Shown in pieces: positions 55,959-64,000 of a stretch of 64,000 nucleotides of DNA. Numbering within the stretch: the first letter of the stretch is position 1; the number at the start of each line of letters is the position of its first letter. The stretch comes from Candidatus Pyrohabitans jungbluthii (GTDB lineage Archaea; Hydrothermarchaeota; Hydrothermarchaeia; Hydrothermarchaeales; BMS3B), in assembly GCA_002010065.2 (NCBI GenBank), contig MTMD02000002.1, forward strand, positions 96,001 to 160,000, in the 5' to 3' direction. Both the position numbers and the translations under genes were made by a program. The notes below the pieces were generated by a model. It made no database searches. It saw only the letters and a list, made by a program, of their open reading frames with translations, and was not told the origin of the DNA.

Positions 55959-56687
55959 ATGAAGCGCCTTGTCCTTGTGCTTCTACTGCTTATCCCGGGT
56001 TGCTTCCAGGAAGAGAAGCCCCTGCTTCTCGTTGACTACGCCCATGGCGAGATTTTCCCGCCTTTAGATCCCCGAGACCTTGGGTATGCTACGCTTGATA
56101 CGGTGTTTAAGGAAGCTGGCTACGAGGTCAGGGTTATCTCAGAGCCTCTCACCGCTAAGGAGCTGCGCAGAGCCAAGGTGTACCTGCTTGCAGGACCCAT
56201 GAACGAGCTGAGCGAGGAGGAGCGCAGCGCACTTAGAGATTTCGTTGAGCGGGGCGGTAAAGTCGTTGTGCTGGTGCACATCGCTTCGCCGCTAAGGAAA
56301 TTTCTAGAGGAGTACAACATTACCCTGGGCTGGGTGGTGGCGGAGCATGAGAACACCCTAGGTAGAGCCCAGGATTTCATGGTTAGGAACGTAGGAGAAG
56401 GAGAGCTTTTCGAGGGCGTGGGCTCGCTTTCATTCTACGGCGCTTTCTCTGTGCGCGCGCCCGAGAGCTATGCCTTCACTTCCCCCAGAGCCTGGGAGGA
56501 TTTGAATCTTAACGGTGTCTGGGAGGAGGGCGAGCCTCGGGGCAAGTTTGCGCTCATTGGTATGGCGAATTACGGAAAGGGCTACATCTTGGTTTTAGGC
56601 GATGACGCCACGCTGGCGAACCGTTTCATAGGCGAGGAGGATAACTTTAAACTTGCCAGGAATCTCGCGGAGTGGGGGCTCACGTGA
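55959..56687 (+). CDS. DUF4350/GATase-like lipoprotein
   Basis: Lipobox IPGC, LVDYAHGE, LRDFVERGG, GKGYILVLGD, DNFKLARNL. Confidence 0.7.
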   Translation: MKRLVLVLLLLIPGCFQEEKPLLLVDYAHGEIFPPLDPRDLGYATLDTVFKEAGYEVRVISEPLTAKELRRAKVYLLAGPMNELSEEERSALRDFVERGGKVVVLVHIASPLRKFLEEYNITLGWVVAEHENTLGRAQDFMVRNVGEGELFEGVGSLSFYGAFSVRAPESYAFTSPRAWEDLNLNGVWEEGEPRGKFALIGMANYGKGYILVLGDDATLANRFIGEEDNFKLARNLAEWGLT

Positions 56688-59600
56688 AGAAATCTTTTAT
56701 GCTTTTCTGCTCCACGCTCTCATCGATAAATATGCTCTCAATGCTCATACGCAGTATCTTAACGCGCTGCTTCAGGTAGTCCTCCAGCGCGTACTTATCC
56801 AGAAGATTCTCGGTTACGCTGAGGTACTTCTCAACACTTCCCCTCGCCACAGTTAAAACAAGCTTACCACCGCAGCGACGGCAGCGCCCCAGCAGAGGGA
56901 CGCGGCGATACTTCGCATTGCAGTTTACACAGCGCACCTTCTGCGTGGCAAAGGCGCGCAGGTTTCCTGCCAGGTCTGGCAAGAAGTGGCTCTCTATCAC
57001 CCGCCTAGCAACGTCACGCTCGTCTACGCTGCGCAGCTTCTTAGCAAGAGAAAGCTGCTTCTCCAGCTTGTCCACCATCTCCTTTAGCGTCTTGTACGCT
57101 GAGACGGTAACGCCAGCGGAGATGTCGCTGGTATCGTGGGTAAAGCGCAGCCCGTAGTACGCCTCTCGCCTGCCCAAACGCTGCCTCACCGTCTCTATCT
57201 CCCCCTCAAACTCCTGGGGCTTAGCAAGGCGCAGCGTGGCCTCGTAAAACTCTATGGGGTAGCGCTCCACTATGTCTATGTTGTGCGCCTCGCCATCCAC
57301 CTCGCTGGGGTCGAGGCGGGTGGTTAGAACCAGAGGGGCGTCCATCGTACCGCCGCGCGTCGCTGGCAAAAAGGCCCGAGAGAAGTTGAGAAAGGCGTCC
57401 ATCATCAGAAAAACGCTATCTTCGTCGCCGTCGCAGTTGCGACGCTTCGCTGCGTGGAAGTATGGGTGAGCATAGCCCACGCTGGCACGGGAGAAGCCCA
57501 CGATGCGCCCCAGTATCGCCGCCGAGGTATGGGGAGCCAGGCCAAAAACTAGGTGGCCAAGCAGGTCTTCTTTAGTGGTGGCGTTGTAGTAGGGCTCAAG
57601 CCCATAAAAATCCTCGAGAAGTTCGTCCACAAACTTAGCAACGCGCAGCAGGTATTCAGCACCGCTCTCAGGCAGAATTATATCCTGGGGGAATAGCTCC
57701 ACAATCTGCTCCTCGCTCTCCAGTGGCTTGCCCATATAATCGTGAGTGTAGCCCAGCTCCCGCATTTTCTCAACGCTTACACCTATCTCCCTAGGCCTAA
57801 CGTGGGTTACCGGCACGTCCGTGGCGTCGAAGCGCGCTGTGCCGTCTTTGAATACAAAAACTTCATTTCTGGAGCGCAGGATGCCCTTCTCCAGAGCCTC
57901 CGGTATCTTGTAGCTGGAGGTCATGCCTATGACGCCTTTCAGGTCGTTGGATGTGCTTCCAACGCGGCGTTCCGCCTCGGCAAGAAGCTTCTTCAGCTCA
58001 ATCTCCCGCTCAGAGTAGTATGCCAGCCTTCCATTGCACTTCGGGCAGGAGTCGCGCTCATCCTCTGCGACAAAGCCGCAGGAGGAGCAAACCCTGCGAA
58101 GCCTCGTATTGCCTCCGCAGCGGGGGCAGCGTGAGAAGATGCTCACCTCTCCACAGCTTTCGCACTCGCGGTAAGCGACCTCCACACTTATCTTACCAGC
58201 CTGGGCAGCCTTCTTCACATCGCGCGTCTTGCCTCCGTGCTGCCCGATGGGAAAGAGAACGTTAACCGGAGGAGACATCTTGCGCTCTTTGGCTTTTTCT
58301 GGCCTGCCCATACGCGCGCCGATGTATGTGGGCGCCTTCTCGCGCACTTTTATGCCAAAGGAATTCACCAGCTCCATGACGCTGCCCGCGCGCTCATACG
58401 CTTGAGAAAAGCGCTCCAGGCTTGAGCCCAGGCAGTAGAGAAGCGCCTTGTACTCGTTGAGAACAACCTTGCCCTCAACAACGCGGTGAGGTATGCAAAG
58501 AAGCTCTAAAACGCGCTTCTCTGGGCTCATCTCCAGGACAAGAGCGTCGCCTTGGGTTTTCCCTGTGAAAAGCCACTCAGCGAGAGCCTTTAAATCCTCC
58601 TTGGTAACGTCGTGGTAGAAGTAGGTATAGCGAGGGTGCAGGGGTATACCCAGCTTCTGGCTTAGCTCCAGCGCCTCTTCCTCGGTGGGCACATGTGAGG
58701 GGTCGAGGAAGTGGCTGTATTCAGCGTGCTCTTCGCCCTTCAACGCCTGCTCCAGCTCCTGCACCCACCACTCCTCGCAGTAGCCCGCTGGTACAAGAGG
58801 ATGGTTGTTCTCCAGGAAGTCGCCATAGTTCACCAAGATATCGCCCAGGAATAAAATCTCCTCTACCTGGTCTTTAATCTCCTGAGCCTGCTCAATGGTG
58901 GAGACGCGAACAACACTGCCGTCGTGCAGCTTCACCACAGGCCCTTCGATAGTGTCGCACGGCGTTACAGCGGTGCCCTTGCCTGGGCGCTCTGTTTTCA
59001 TCTGCGTCCCAATGGCTATGAAGCCACCAGTTATAACCATCGTCGCTGGATGAATAGCCATACTTGCGAAGCCAGAGGCTCTACTTCTGCCGTAGCGCAG
59101 CCTGAAGCCACCTTTCGCTGAGGGATGCGCAAGCACAGGTCTTCCCGCGACCAGATCTTTAATATACTTAAAGTTGGGCTTTACCTCAGTATCGCCGCTC
59201 TCCTCCTTCTTCTCCATTTTACCCGAAACTAGCTCAGCCAACCACTCCCAGCCTTCAAAATTAAGCTTACGCACATACTTGAGCACTTTCGGCGCCTTCT
59301 GGAGCAACCCCTCTGCGAGAACGAGCACCGCTCCACCGCGAAGCTGATTGGTTTCAACGCGTGGCAGGTCACGGTAGCCTGCTACCTCCACCTTGTCGGT
59401 GGGCTCGCCCGTGACTTCCACAGGCAGAGAGCGAATCGCCTTGCGCACCTCCTCAGCCTTGGGATAGTACTGCAGGCGAGCAGCTTCATGGTGGTACAGG
59501 TCAACCTCCTCCACGAAGCGCTCCACCTCATCTTCAGTCGCTAAGTAGCGCTCAAGACCGAGAGCCTGCCTTATGGCGTCGCCCACGAGCACCGCCAATG

Positions 59601-60048
59601 CCTGAGCAGAGCCGCCAGCCGAGCGTATTGGGCCAGCGAAGTAAATCGCCAAATACTCGCTTCCATCAGCATTCTTCTTTATCTTCACCTTAACTATGCC
59701 CTCAAGGGGCGCGGCCACTATACCTTCGGTGAGAATAGCAAGAGCTGTGCGCAGCGCCTGCTCAGCCGCAGCTTCCCTCGAATCGAAGCGTCCAAACTTG
59801 CCCTCTACTATCTCCCTGGCTATGGTTATCGCCGCCTCCTCAGCGCTCATCTTTGAGCAAAGCTCGCGGATGCGCGGAGCCACGCCTCTGGGTCCTACCA
59901 ATCCCTCAACGCGCTCTGCCATGTCTTTGGCGAGGGGGATTTCTACCTCTAACGAGGGGTCATAGCCCAGCTTTCTTGCTTCCCGCGCTATCTTTAACCC
60001 CTCTTTAACCTTCTCCTCAAGCAGAGAAAAGTACTCATCTATCTCCAT
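56680..60048 (-). CDS. polC: DNA polymerase D large subunit DP2
   Basis: AGPIRSAGG, GFRLRYGR, RMGRPEK, KDGTARFD, HAAKRRNCDGDED, C-terminal Zn fingers. Confidence 0.97.
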   Translation of the reverse strand: MEIDEYFSLLEEKVKEGLKIAREARKLGYDPSLEVEIPLAKDMAERVEGLVGPRGVAPRIRELCSKMSAEEAAITIAREIVEGKFGRFDSREAAAEQALRTALAILTEGIVAAPLEGIVKVKIKKNADGSEYLAIYFAGPIRSAGGSAQALAVLVGDAIRQALGLERYLATEDEVERFVEEVDLYHHEAARLQYYPKAEEVRKAIRSLPVEVTGEPTDKVEVAGYRDLPRVETNQLRGGAVLVLAEGLLQKAPKVLKYVRKLNFEGWEWLAELVSGKMEKKEESGDTEVKPNFKYIKDLVAGRPVLAHPSAKGGFRLRYGRSRASGFASMAIHPATMVITGGFIAIGTQMKTERPGKGTAVTPCDTIEGPVVKLHDGSVVRVSTIEQAQEIKDQVEEILFLGDILVNYGDFLENNHPLVPAGYCEEWWVQELEQALKGEEHAEYSHFLDPSHVPTEEEALELSQKLGIPLHPRYTYFYHDVTKEDLKALAEWLFTGKTQGDALVLEMSPEKRVLELLCIPHRVVEGKVVLNEYKALLYCLGSSLERFSQAYERAGSVMELVNSFGIKVREKAPTYIGARMGRPEKAKERKMSPPVNVLFPIGQHGGKTRDVKKAAQAGKISVEVAYRECESCGEVSIFSRCPRCGGNTRLRRVCSSCGFVAEDERDSCPKCNGRLAYYSEREIELKKLLAEAERRVGSTSNDLKGVIGMTSSYKIPEALEKGILRSRNEVFVFKDGTARFDATDVPVTHVRPREIGVSVEKMRELGYTHDYMGKPLESEEQIVELFPQDIILPESGAEYLLRVAKFVDELLEDFYGLEPYYNATTKEDLLGHLVFGLAPHTSAAILGRIVGFSRASVGYAHPYFHAAKRRNCDGDEDSVFLMMDAFLNFSRAFLPATRGGTMDAPLVLTTRLDPSEVDGEAHNIDIVERYPIEFYEATLRLAKPQEFEGEIETVRQRLGRREAYYGLRFTHDTSDISAGVTVSAYKTLKEMVDKLEKQLSLAKKLRSVDERDVARRVIESHFLPDLAGNLRAFATQKVRCVNCNAKYRRVPLLGRCRRCGGKLVLTVARGSVEKYLSVTENLLDKYALEDYLKQRVKILRMSIESIFIDESVEQKSIKDFFT

Positions 60049-60056
60049 AGTACTCC

Positions 60057-61589
60057 CTAACTGAACCTCATAATAGTGGTGCGCATGTTCTGCAGGTCTA
60101 TGATTGGTATCCTCCCAGGCGTGGGGTGGATGTTCATCTTCTTCTGAAAGCTGGTCTGCTCCTGGAAGGTGCCCGAGTTCACCAGAATGGTGCCCCTGTA
60201 GTTAGCCACCTCTGTGGTGTGGACATGCCCCGCGTGGAGTATATCAGGAGGCTCCTCCAGTAAGAGGTAGTCGAAGAGTTCTGGGGCAAGGGGAACGCGA
60301 CCGCCGTAGATTGGCGAGAGGTGACGCTTTCTGAGCAGCGCCTGCATCGCCTTGGCTGGCGAGGAATAGCTCAGCCCGGGTATACTCGCTATGATGTCGT
60401 CAAGACTTCTGCCGTGATAACTCACAACTTCAACGCCGTGAATGGTGGCAAAACAGGGATTACCCACCATGTGGATGCGAGGGTCCTCGTAGAGCATGGG
60501 AGCAAACTCCTCTTCGATCGCCGGCTGCGGCTCCGCTTGCCTTGCAGCGTCGTGGTTTCCGGGCGTGATGATTATCTCTATGTGCTCGGGAACGCGCTCA
60601 ATAAACCTGGTGAAAGCAGCGTACTGCTCGTGTATGTCTTTAATAACCAGCTCATCCTTCTGCTCTGGATAGATTCCCACTCCGTCGACGAGATCGCCGC
60701 CGATAACAAGGTACTTAACCCGGGAGGCAAGCTCCCTCTGGCGAGGCGTGCCCAGCTCTCCTGCAAGCCATTTAATAAAACGCGCAAAAGTGTCTTCGAG
60801 AAACTGAGTGCTCCCCACGTGAATGTCCGAGATCATAGCCACCGCCACCGGCTCCTCACTCTTCCTGGGCTCGCGGTTCACCGGCACATCTGGAAAGAAA
60901 ATCTCATTTGCTATAACCATATCAAACCCATTGGGCATAAACCCGGCTACGCCTATCACCTCATCCTTTGTTATCTCCTTTGCCTCTTCGAGAAGCTCTC
61001 TATCTTGGCTGCGGATGAGCACAGGTATCACGCCAGTTGGATCCTCAAGCTCCAGTATTAGGTTCCCCTTCTTGCTTGTGCGAATGTCAGTAACCATGCC
61101 GATGAACTTAACCTCCCCTGAGTAGCGGGAGCTTTTAATGAGCTCAATCACCACGCTCTCCTTGAGAGCCGTGCGGGATTTGAGCAGCTTGGCAAGGCGC
61201 TCAAAGCGGTTGTTGAAATAGCTCACAAAGCTTTCAATGCTCCCCTCACAGTAGGATTTTTTTGTAATATCCCGCTCGCGCTTTATCTTGAGATTTGAAT
61301 CGTATTCCTGAGAAAGTCGCCGCTTGGAGCGTTTGAGTACGACTCGACAATCTCTTGGAGATTGCCTTCGGCTTCCTTCACCTACGTTCGGGAAGTCCAC
61401 CTCTTCCTTTTCTTTTACTTTCCTGAGTTTGTCAATGGTTAAAACGCTTGCAGATTCTTCTCTGGCGATATTGATTAATCTGTTTATCACCTCCTCCCTG
61501 TTTGGACTCCTTTTTATCTCCGCCAGAACCTCAGGGTGAAGGTTGACCCCGCACTCCACAAATTTCGAAACTATCTCAGCATCATCCAT
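60057..61589 (-). CDS. polB: DNA polymerase D small (exonuclease) subunit DP1
   Basis: OB-fold LEDPTG, SDIHVGS, GDLVDGVGIYP, PGNHD, YHGRS, HAGHVH. Confidence 0.96.
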   Translation of the reverse strand: MDDAEIVSKFVECGVNLHPEVLAEIKRSPNREEVINRLINIAREESASVLTIDKLRKVKEKEEVDFPNVGEGSRRQSPRDCRVVLKRSKRRLSQEYDSNLKIKRERDITKKSYCEGSIESFVSYFNNRFERLAKLLKSRTALKESVVIELIKSSRYSGEVKFIGMVTDIRTSKKGNLILELEDPTGVIPVLIRSQDRELLEEAKEITKDEVIGVAGFMPNGFDMVIANEIFFPDVPVNREPRKSEEPVAVAMISDIHVGSTQFLEDTFARFIKWLAGELGTPRQRELASRVKYLVIGGDLVDGVGIYPEQKDELVIKDIHEQYAAFTRFIERVPEHIEIIITPGNHDAARQAEPQPAIEEEFAPMLYEDPRIHMVGNPCFATIHGVEVVSYHGRSLDDIIASIPGLSYSSPAKAMQALLRKRHLSPIYGGRVPLAPELFDYLLLEEPPDILHAGHVHTTEVANYRGTILVNSGTFQEQTSFQKKMNIHPTPGRIPIIDLQNMRTTIMRFS

Positions 61590-61656
61590 ATCTTTTTAAC
61601 CCTCTTGTGTGAGCTCTATATAAGGTGAATGGGAGCACCATAAAAGTGAAAAGAAA

Positions 61657-62892
61657 TCATATTAGCCTGGTCTGAGTAAGAGTGAACTTGGACAGGCTGC
61701 GCAGGCGTATATCCTCTTCAACCACGCGTTTTATGTCCTTCAGCGGTACTTCAAGCTTTATCTCGCGGGTTCTTCCATACCTGCCTTTGCTTATAACAGT
61801 GGAGTTTAATATGCCAAGCATATCCAGCTCGGAAATTAAATCTGAAATCCTCCTCTGGGTAAGCGAGTCTATGGAAACTGCCCTGCATAGGCTCTTATAA
61901 ACCTGATAGATCTTGCCTGTGGTTATGAATTTAGTGCCCCGCTCTTCGAGGAGTATAACCGCGTAGAGCAGGACCTTTGACTGCGTTGGTAAGGTGCGCA
62001 CCGCCTCGACGACGTTATCCCGCTCTATCTTCTCATTGGCTTTGCGCACGTGTATCTCGGTTATTATCTCCGCATTCTCCCTCTCCGCCACTTCTCCGCT
62101 CACTCTGAGAAGGTCAAGGGCACGACGAGCATCACCATGCTCTCTAGCGGCAAGAGCAGCGCAAAGGGGAATTACATACTCGTCCAGAACCCCTGGCTCA
62201 AAGGCAAGCTCGGCTCGTTGCTTGAGTATATCCTCCAGCTGCTTGGCATTGTACGGCTTGAAGATTATCTCCTCCTCACCCAAAGAGCTCTGCACCCTGG
62301 TATCGAGGTAGCTTGTAAACTTTAAGTTGTTGGAGATTCCTATTATGCTCACCCTTGCGCGCTGAAGCTCAGAATTTATTCTCGTCAAGTTGTAGAGCAC
62401 CCGGTCGCCGCCCTTGGAAACGAGACGATCAATTTCATCAAGGATAATTATCACATTCTGCCTCCTCTCATCCACTGCTTCTTTAAATGCTGCATAAACT
62501 TTATCAGTGGGCCAGCCTGTGAAGGGCACATTTTCTCCAAAATGCTTAGCTAGGTTTGCAAGAACGCGATATTGAGTATCTGTAACCTCGCAGTTTAAAT
62601 AAACAGTAGAGATGGGAACTCCATACTTTTTACCAGTTTCTCTTAACCCTCTGCATATAAATTTAGAAACGATTGTTTTACCTGTGCCGCTTTTACCGTA
62701 AATAAGAATGTTTGATGGCGTTTCTCCCTTCAGTGCTGGAGCAAGAATAGTTGCAAGAGCATTTATTTCCTCTTCCCTGTGAGGGAGCTCATCGGGAGTA
62801 TAACTGTGCCTCAACGCTTCTTTGTTTTTGAACAGAGGTTGACGATGAAGGAAAGATTCAAAAATCCGTGCAAATGAATTCCTGACCTCCAT
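61657..62892 (-). CDS. cdc6: Orc1/Cdc6 replication initiator
   Basis: YTPDELPHRE, GKSGTGKT, LDEID, HGDARRALDLL, GRYGRT; ATG 62892 preferred. Confidence 0.96.
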   Translation of the reverse strand: MEVRNSFARIFESFLHRQPLFKNKEALRHSYTPDELPHREEEINALATILAPALKGETPSNILIYGKSGTGKTIVSKFICRGLRETGKKYGVPISTVYLNCEVTDTQYRVLANLAKHFGENVPFTGWPTDKVYAAFKEAVDERRQNVIIILDEIDRLVSKGGDRVLYNLTRINSELQRARVSIIGISNNLKFTSYLDTRVQSSLGEEEIIFKPYNAKQLEDILKQRAELAFEPGVLDEYVIPLCAALAAREHGDARRALDLLRVSGEVAERENAEIITEIHVRKANEKIERDNVVEAVRTLPTQSKVLLYAVILLEERGTKFITTGKIYQVYKSLCRAVSIDSLTQRRISDLISELDMLGILNSTVISKGRYGRTREIKLEVPLKDIKRVVEEDIRLRSLSKFTLTQTRLI

Positions 62893-62911
62893 ATCCACAA
62901 GCTCCTCAACG

Positions 62912-63437
62912 TCCACTTGAAATAAAGGTTCGGGGCAAACCAACTAAGTATAATACATCAGTCGTATTTAATATTTTTGAGTTCTCACCCTGTCTTTCCA
63001 CTGGAATTTTATTATAGATAGTAATAATGCTTAAATATTAAACAAATTTCTATTATAAATCATGATAAAATACAAAAATACAAAAATTTTTTCACCCTAA
63101 TAATAGAGACCCCTTTATTTCCTGTGGAATGTTTAGCTGTAACTTAGACAGGAGAATTAAGGTTATTTGGCGATATTGGAATTACAACGTCAATGTAGTA
63201 ATTATGCAAAATTATAGTGAAAGTTTTTACGGATAGATATGTGAGAATTCTTTTGCTTTTACTATTTTATAGAATCACTAAATTATGTAATTATTTGAAA
63301 AATACTTATAAATCTTAGTTATTTTCAAATCGTAAAACTTTTATACTATTAATGCCATAGTAACACTGAATACTTCTCGTCAAATATTATTGTAATAATT
63401 AAATTTTCCTTTTTGCCTTCCATAGGAAATAAAGGGG
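62912..63437. promoter_or_regulatory. Chromosomal replication origin oriC with ORB elements and AT-rich unwinding region
   Basis: ORB-like boxes TCCACTTGAAATAAAGG (62912,+), TTCCAGTGGAAAGACAGGG (63006-62988,-), TTCCACAGGAAATAAAGGGG (63129-63110,-), TTCCATAGGAAATAAAGGGG (63418-63437,+); very AT-rich 63130-63417; adjacent to cdc6. Confidence 0.9.
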
Positions 63438-63497
63438 TGTCACTATAACCTTGGCAAGATTTATCTATGCATGAAGCGAAAGCTAAATTGAGGTAAT

Positions 63498-64000
63498 ATG
63501 ACCAAGATTGTGGGAATGATTTTTGGTGAGGTTGGATATGGCGATTTCAATTTCCTTGTAGCCAGAGATGCAAACCTCGAGAAGGGTGAATATGTCAAAG
63601 TAAATCATGAGAAGTATGGCTGGGTTCTTGCTCAGGTTCGCACAATTAAGCGTTATAATGAGCTTTATTCTCTCAATGCAATTACAGGCACTTCTATACC
63701 CAAGGCTCAGGAAGAGCGCATAATCGCCAACGCAAAGGTTATAGGCTACATTGACAAAGATGGCCTTCTCAAGACGCCAAAGATACCCTTCAGACCTGGG
63801 GAGAAAATATACGAGGCAGATGCTGGAATAATACGAAAGTCGCTCAAACTCGAGCAGAAGAATGGTATTTACCTTGGCCTGCTTGAAGGGCACAGCAGAA
63901 AGATACCAGTGTATCTCAACCCCAACAAGCTCATCCAGAAGCACATCGCCGTGCTGGCGAAGACGGGTGCAGGTAAGAGCTACACCGTTGGCGTTCTAAT
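63498..64000 (+). CDS. herA: HerA-family helicase/ATPase, 3'-truncated by window edge (not in ORF track)
   Basis: Own translation: MTKIVGMIFGEVGYGDFNF...GEYVKV...AKVIGY...PFRPGEKIYEA (HAS barrel)...KHIAVLAKTGAGKSYTVGVL (Walker A). Confidence 0.85.
   Translation, partial: MTKIVGMIFGEVGYGDFNFLVARDANLEKGEYVKVNHEKYGWVLAQVRTIKRYNELYSLNAITGTSIPKAQEERIIANAKVIGYIDKDGLLKTPKIPFRPGEKIYEADAGIIRKSLKLEQKNGIYLGLLEGHSRKIPVYLNPNKLIQKHIAVLAKTGAGKSYTVGVL

Noticed and set aside
56680-62892. Inteins in DP2 or Cdc6
   Set aside because: Lengths are normal and the usual insertion sites (KRRNCDGDED; GKSGTGKT) are uninterrupted.
63483-63944. 153-aa minus-strand ORF
   Set aside because: Antisense shadow of the herA frame starting at 63498, which has a clear Walker A motif.
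1-64000. tRNA/rRNA genes, transposases, integrases, Sec/Pyl recoding
   Set aside because: No cloverleaf, rRNA signature, recombinase motif or interrupted conserved ORF was recognised by eye; tRNAscan-SE and cmscan would be needed to exclude them formally.

Overview
Gene-dense chromosomal segment of a euryarchaeote-type archaeon. Archaeal markers are aRF1, uL16/L10e, PolD DP1+DP2, Cdc6 with an ORB-bearing replication origin, an ADP-dependent sugar kinase and HerA. Multiheme cytochrome, Ccm and Dsr/Hdr-like redox genes suggest an anaerobic respirer; the lineage cannot be determined from this window alone. From start to end: a cytochrome c maturation operon (ccmABCDE-lipoprotein-ccmF), rpl10e, a structured non-coding stretch with three orphan/regulatory ORFs, Clp1 kinase and ADP-PFK/GK, a DsrK/M-like pair opposite an ArsR-ATP-cone regulator, argS/aRF1, pyrH/argJ, larBC, queA, a pentaheme cytochrome-NrfC-NrfD module, thioredoxins, trpD/trpF plus a degenerate trpF copy, glcD-like oxidase, queH, a permuted FKBP, aroK/tyrA, a complete NHEJ operon (PE-Nudix-Pol-Ku-Lig), aroDE, a Liv-type ABC transporter, an HD hydrolase, polD-cdc6-oriC and the 5' part of herA. 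The most notable observations are queuosine genes (queA+queH) in an archaeon, an NHEJ operon with an embedded Nudix hydrolase, a duplicated covarying structured element at about 7970-8295, a circularly permuted membrane-anchored FKBP, and an HTH-tandem ATP-cone regulator. All calls come from motif recognition by eye; no database searches were run. No rRNA, tRNA, CRISPR array or transposase was recognised.
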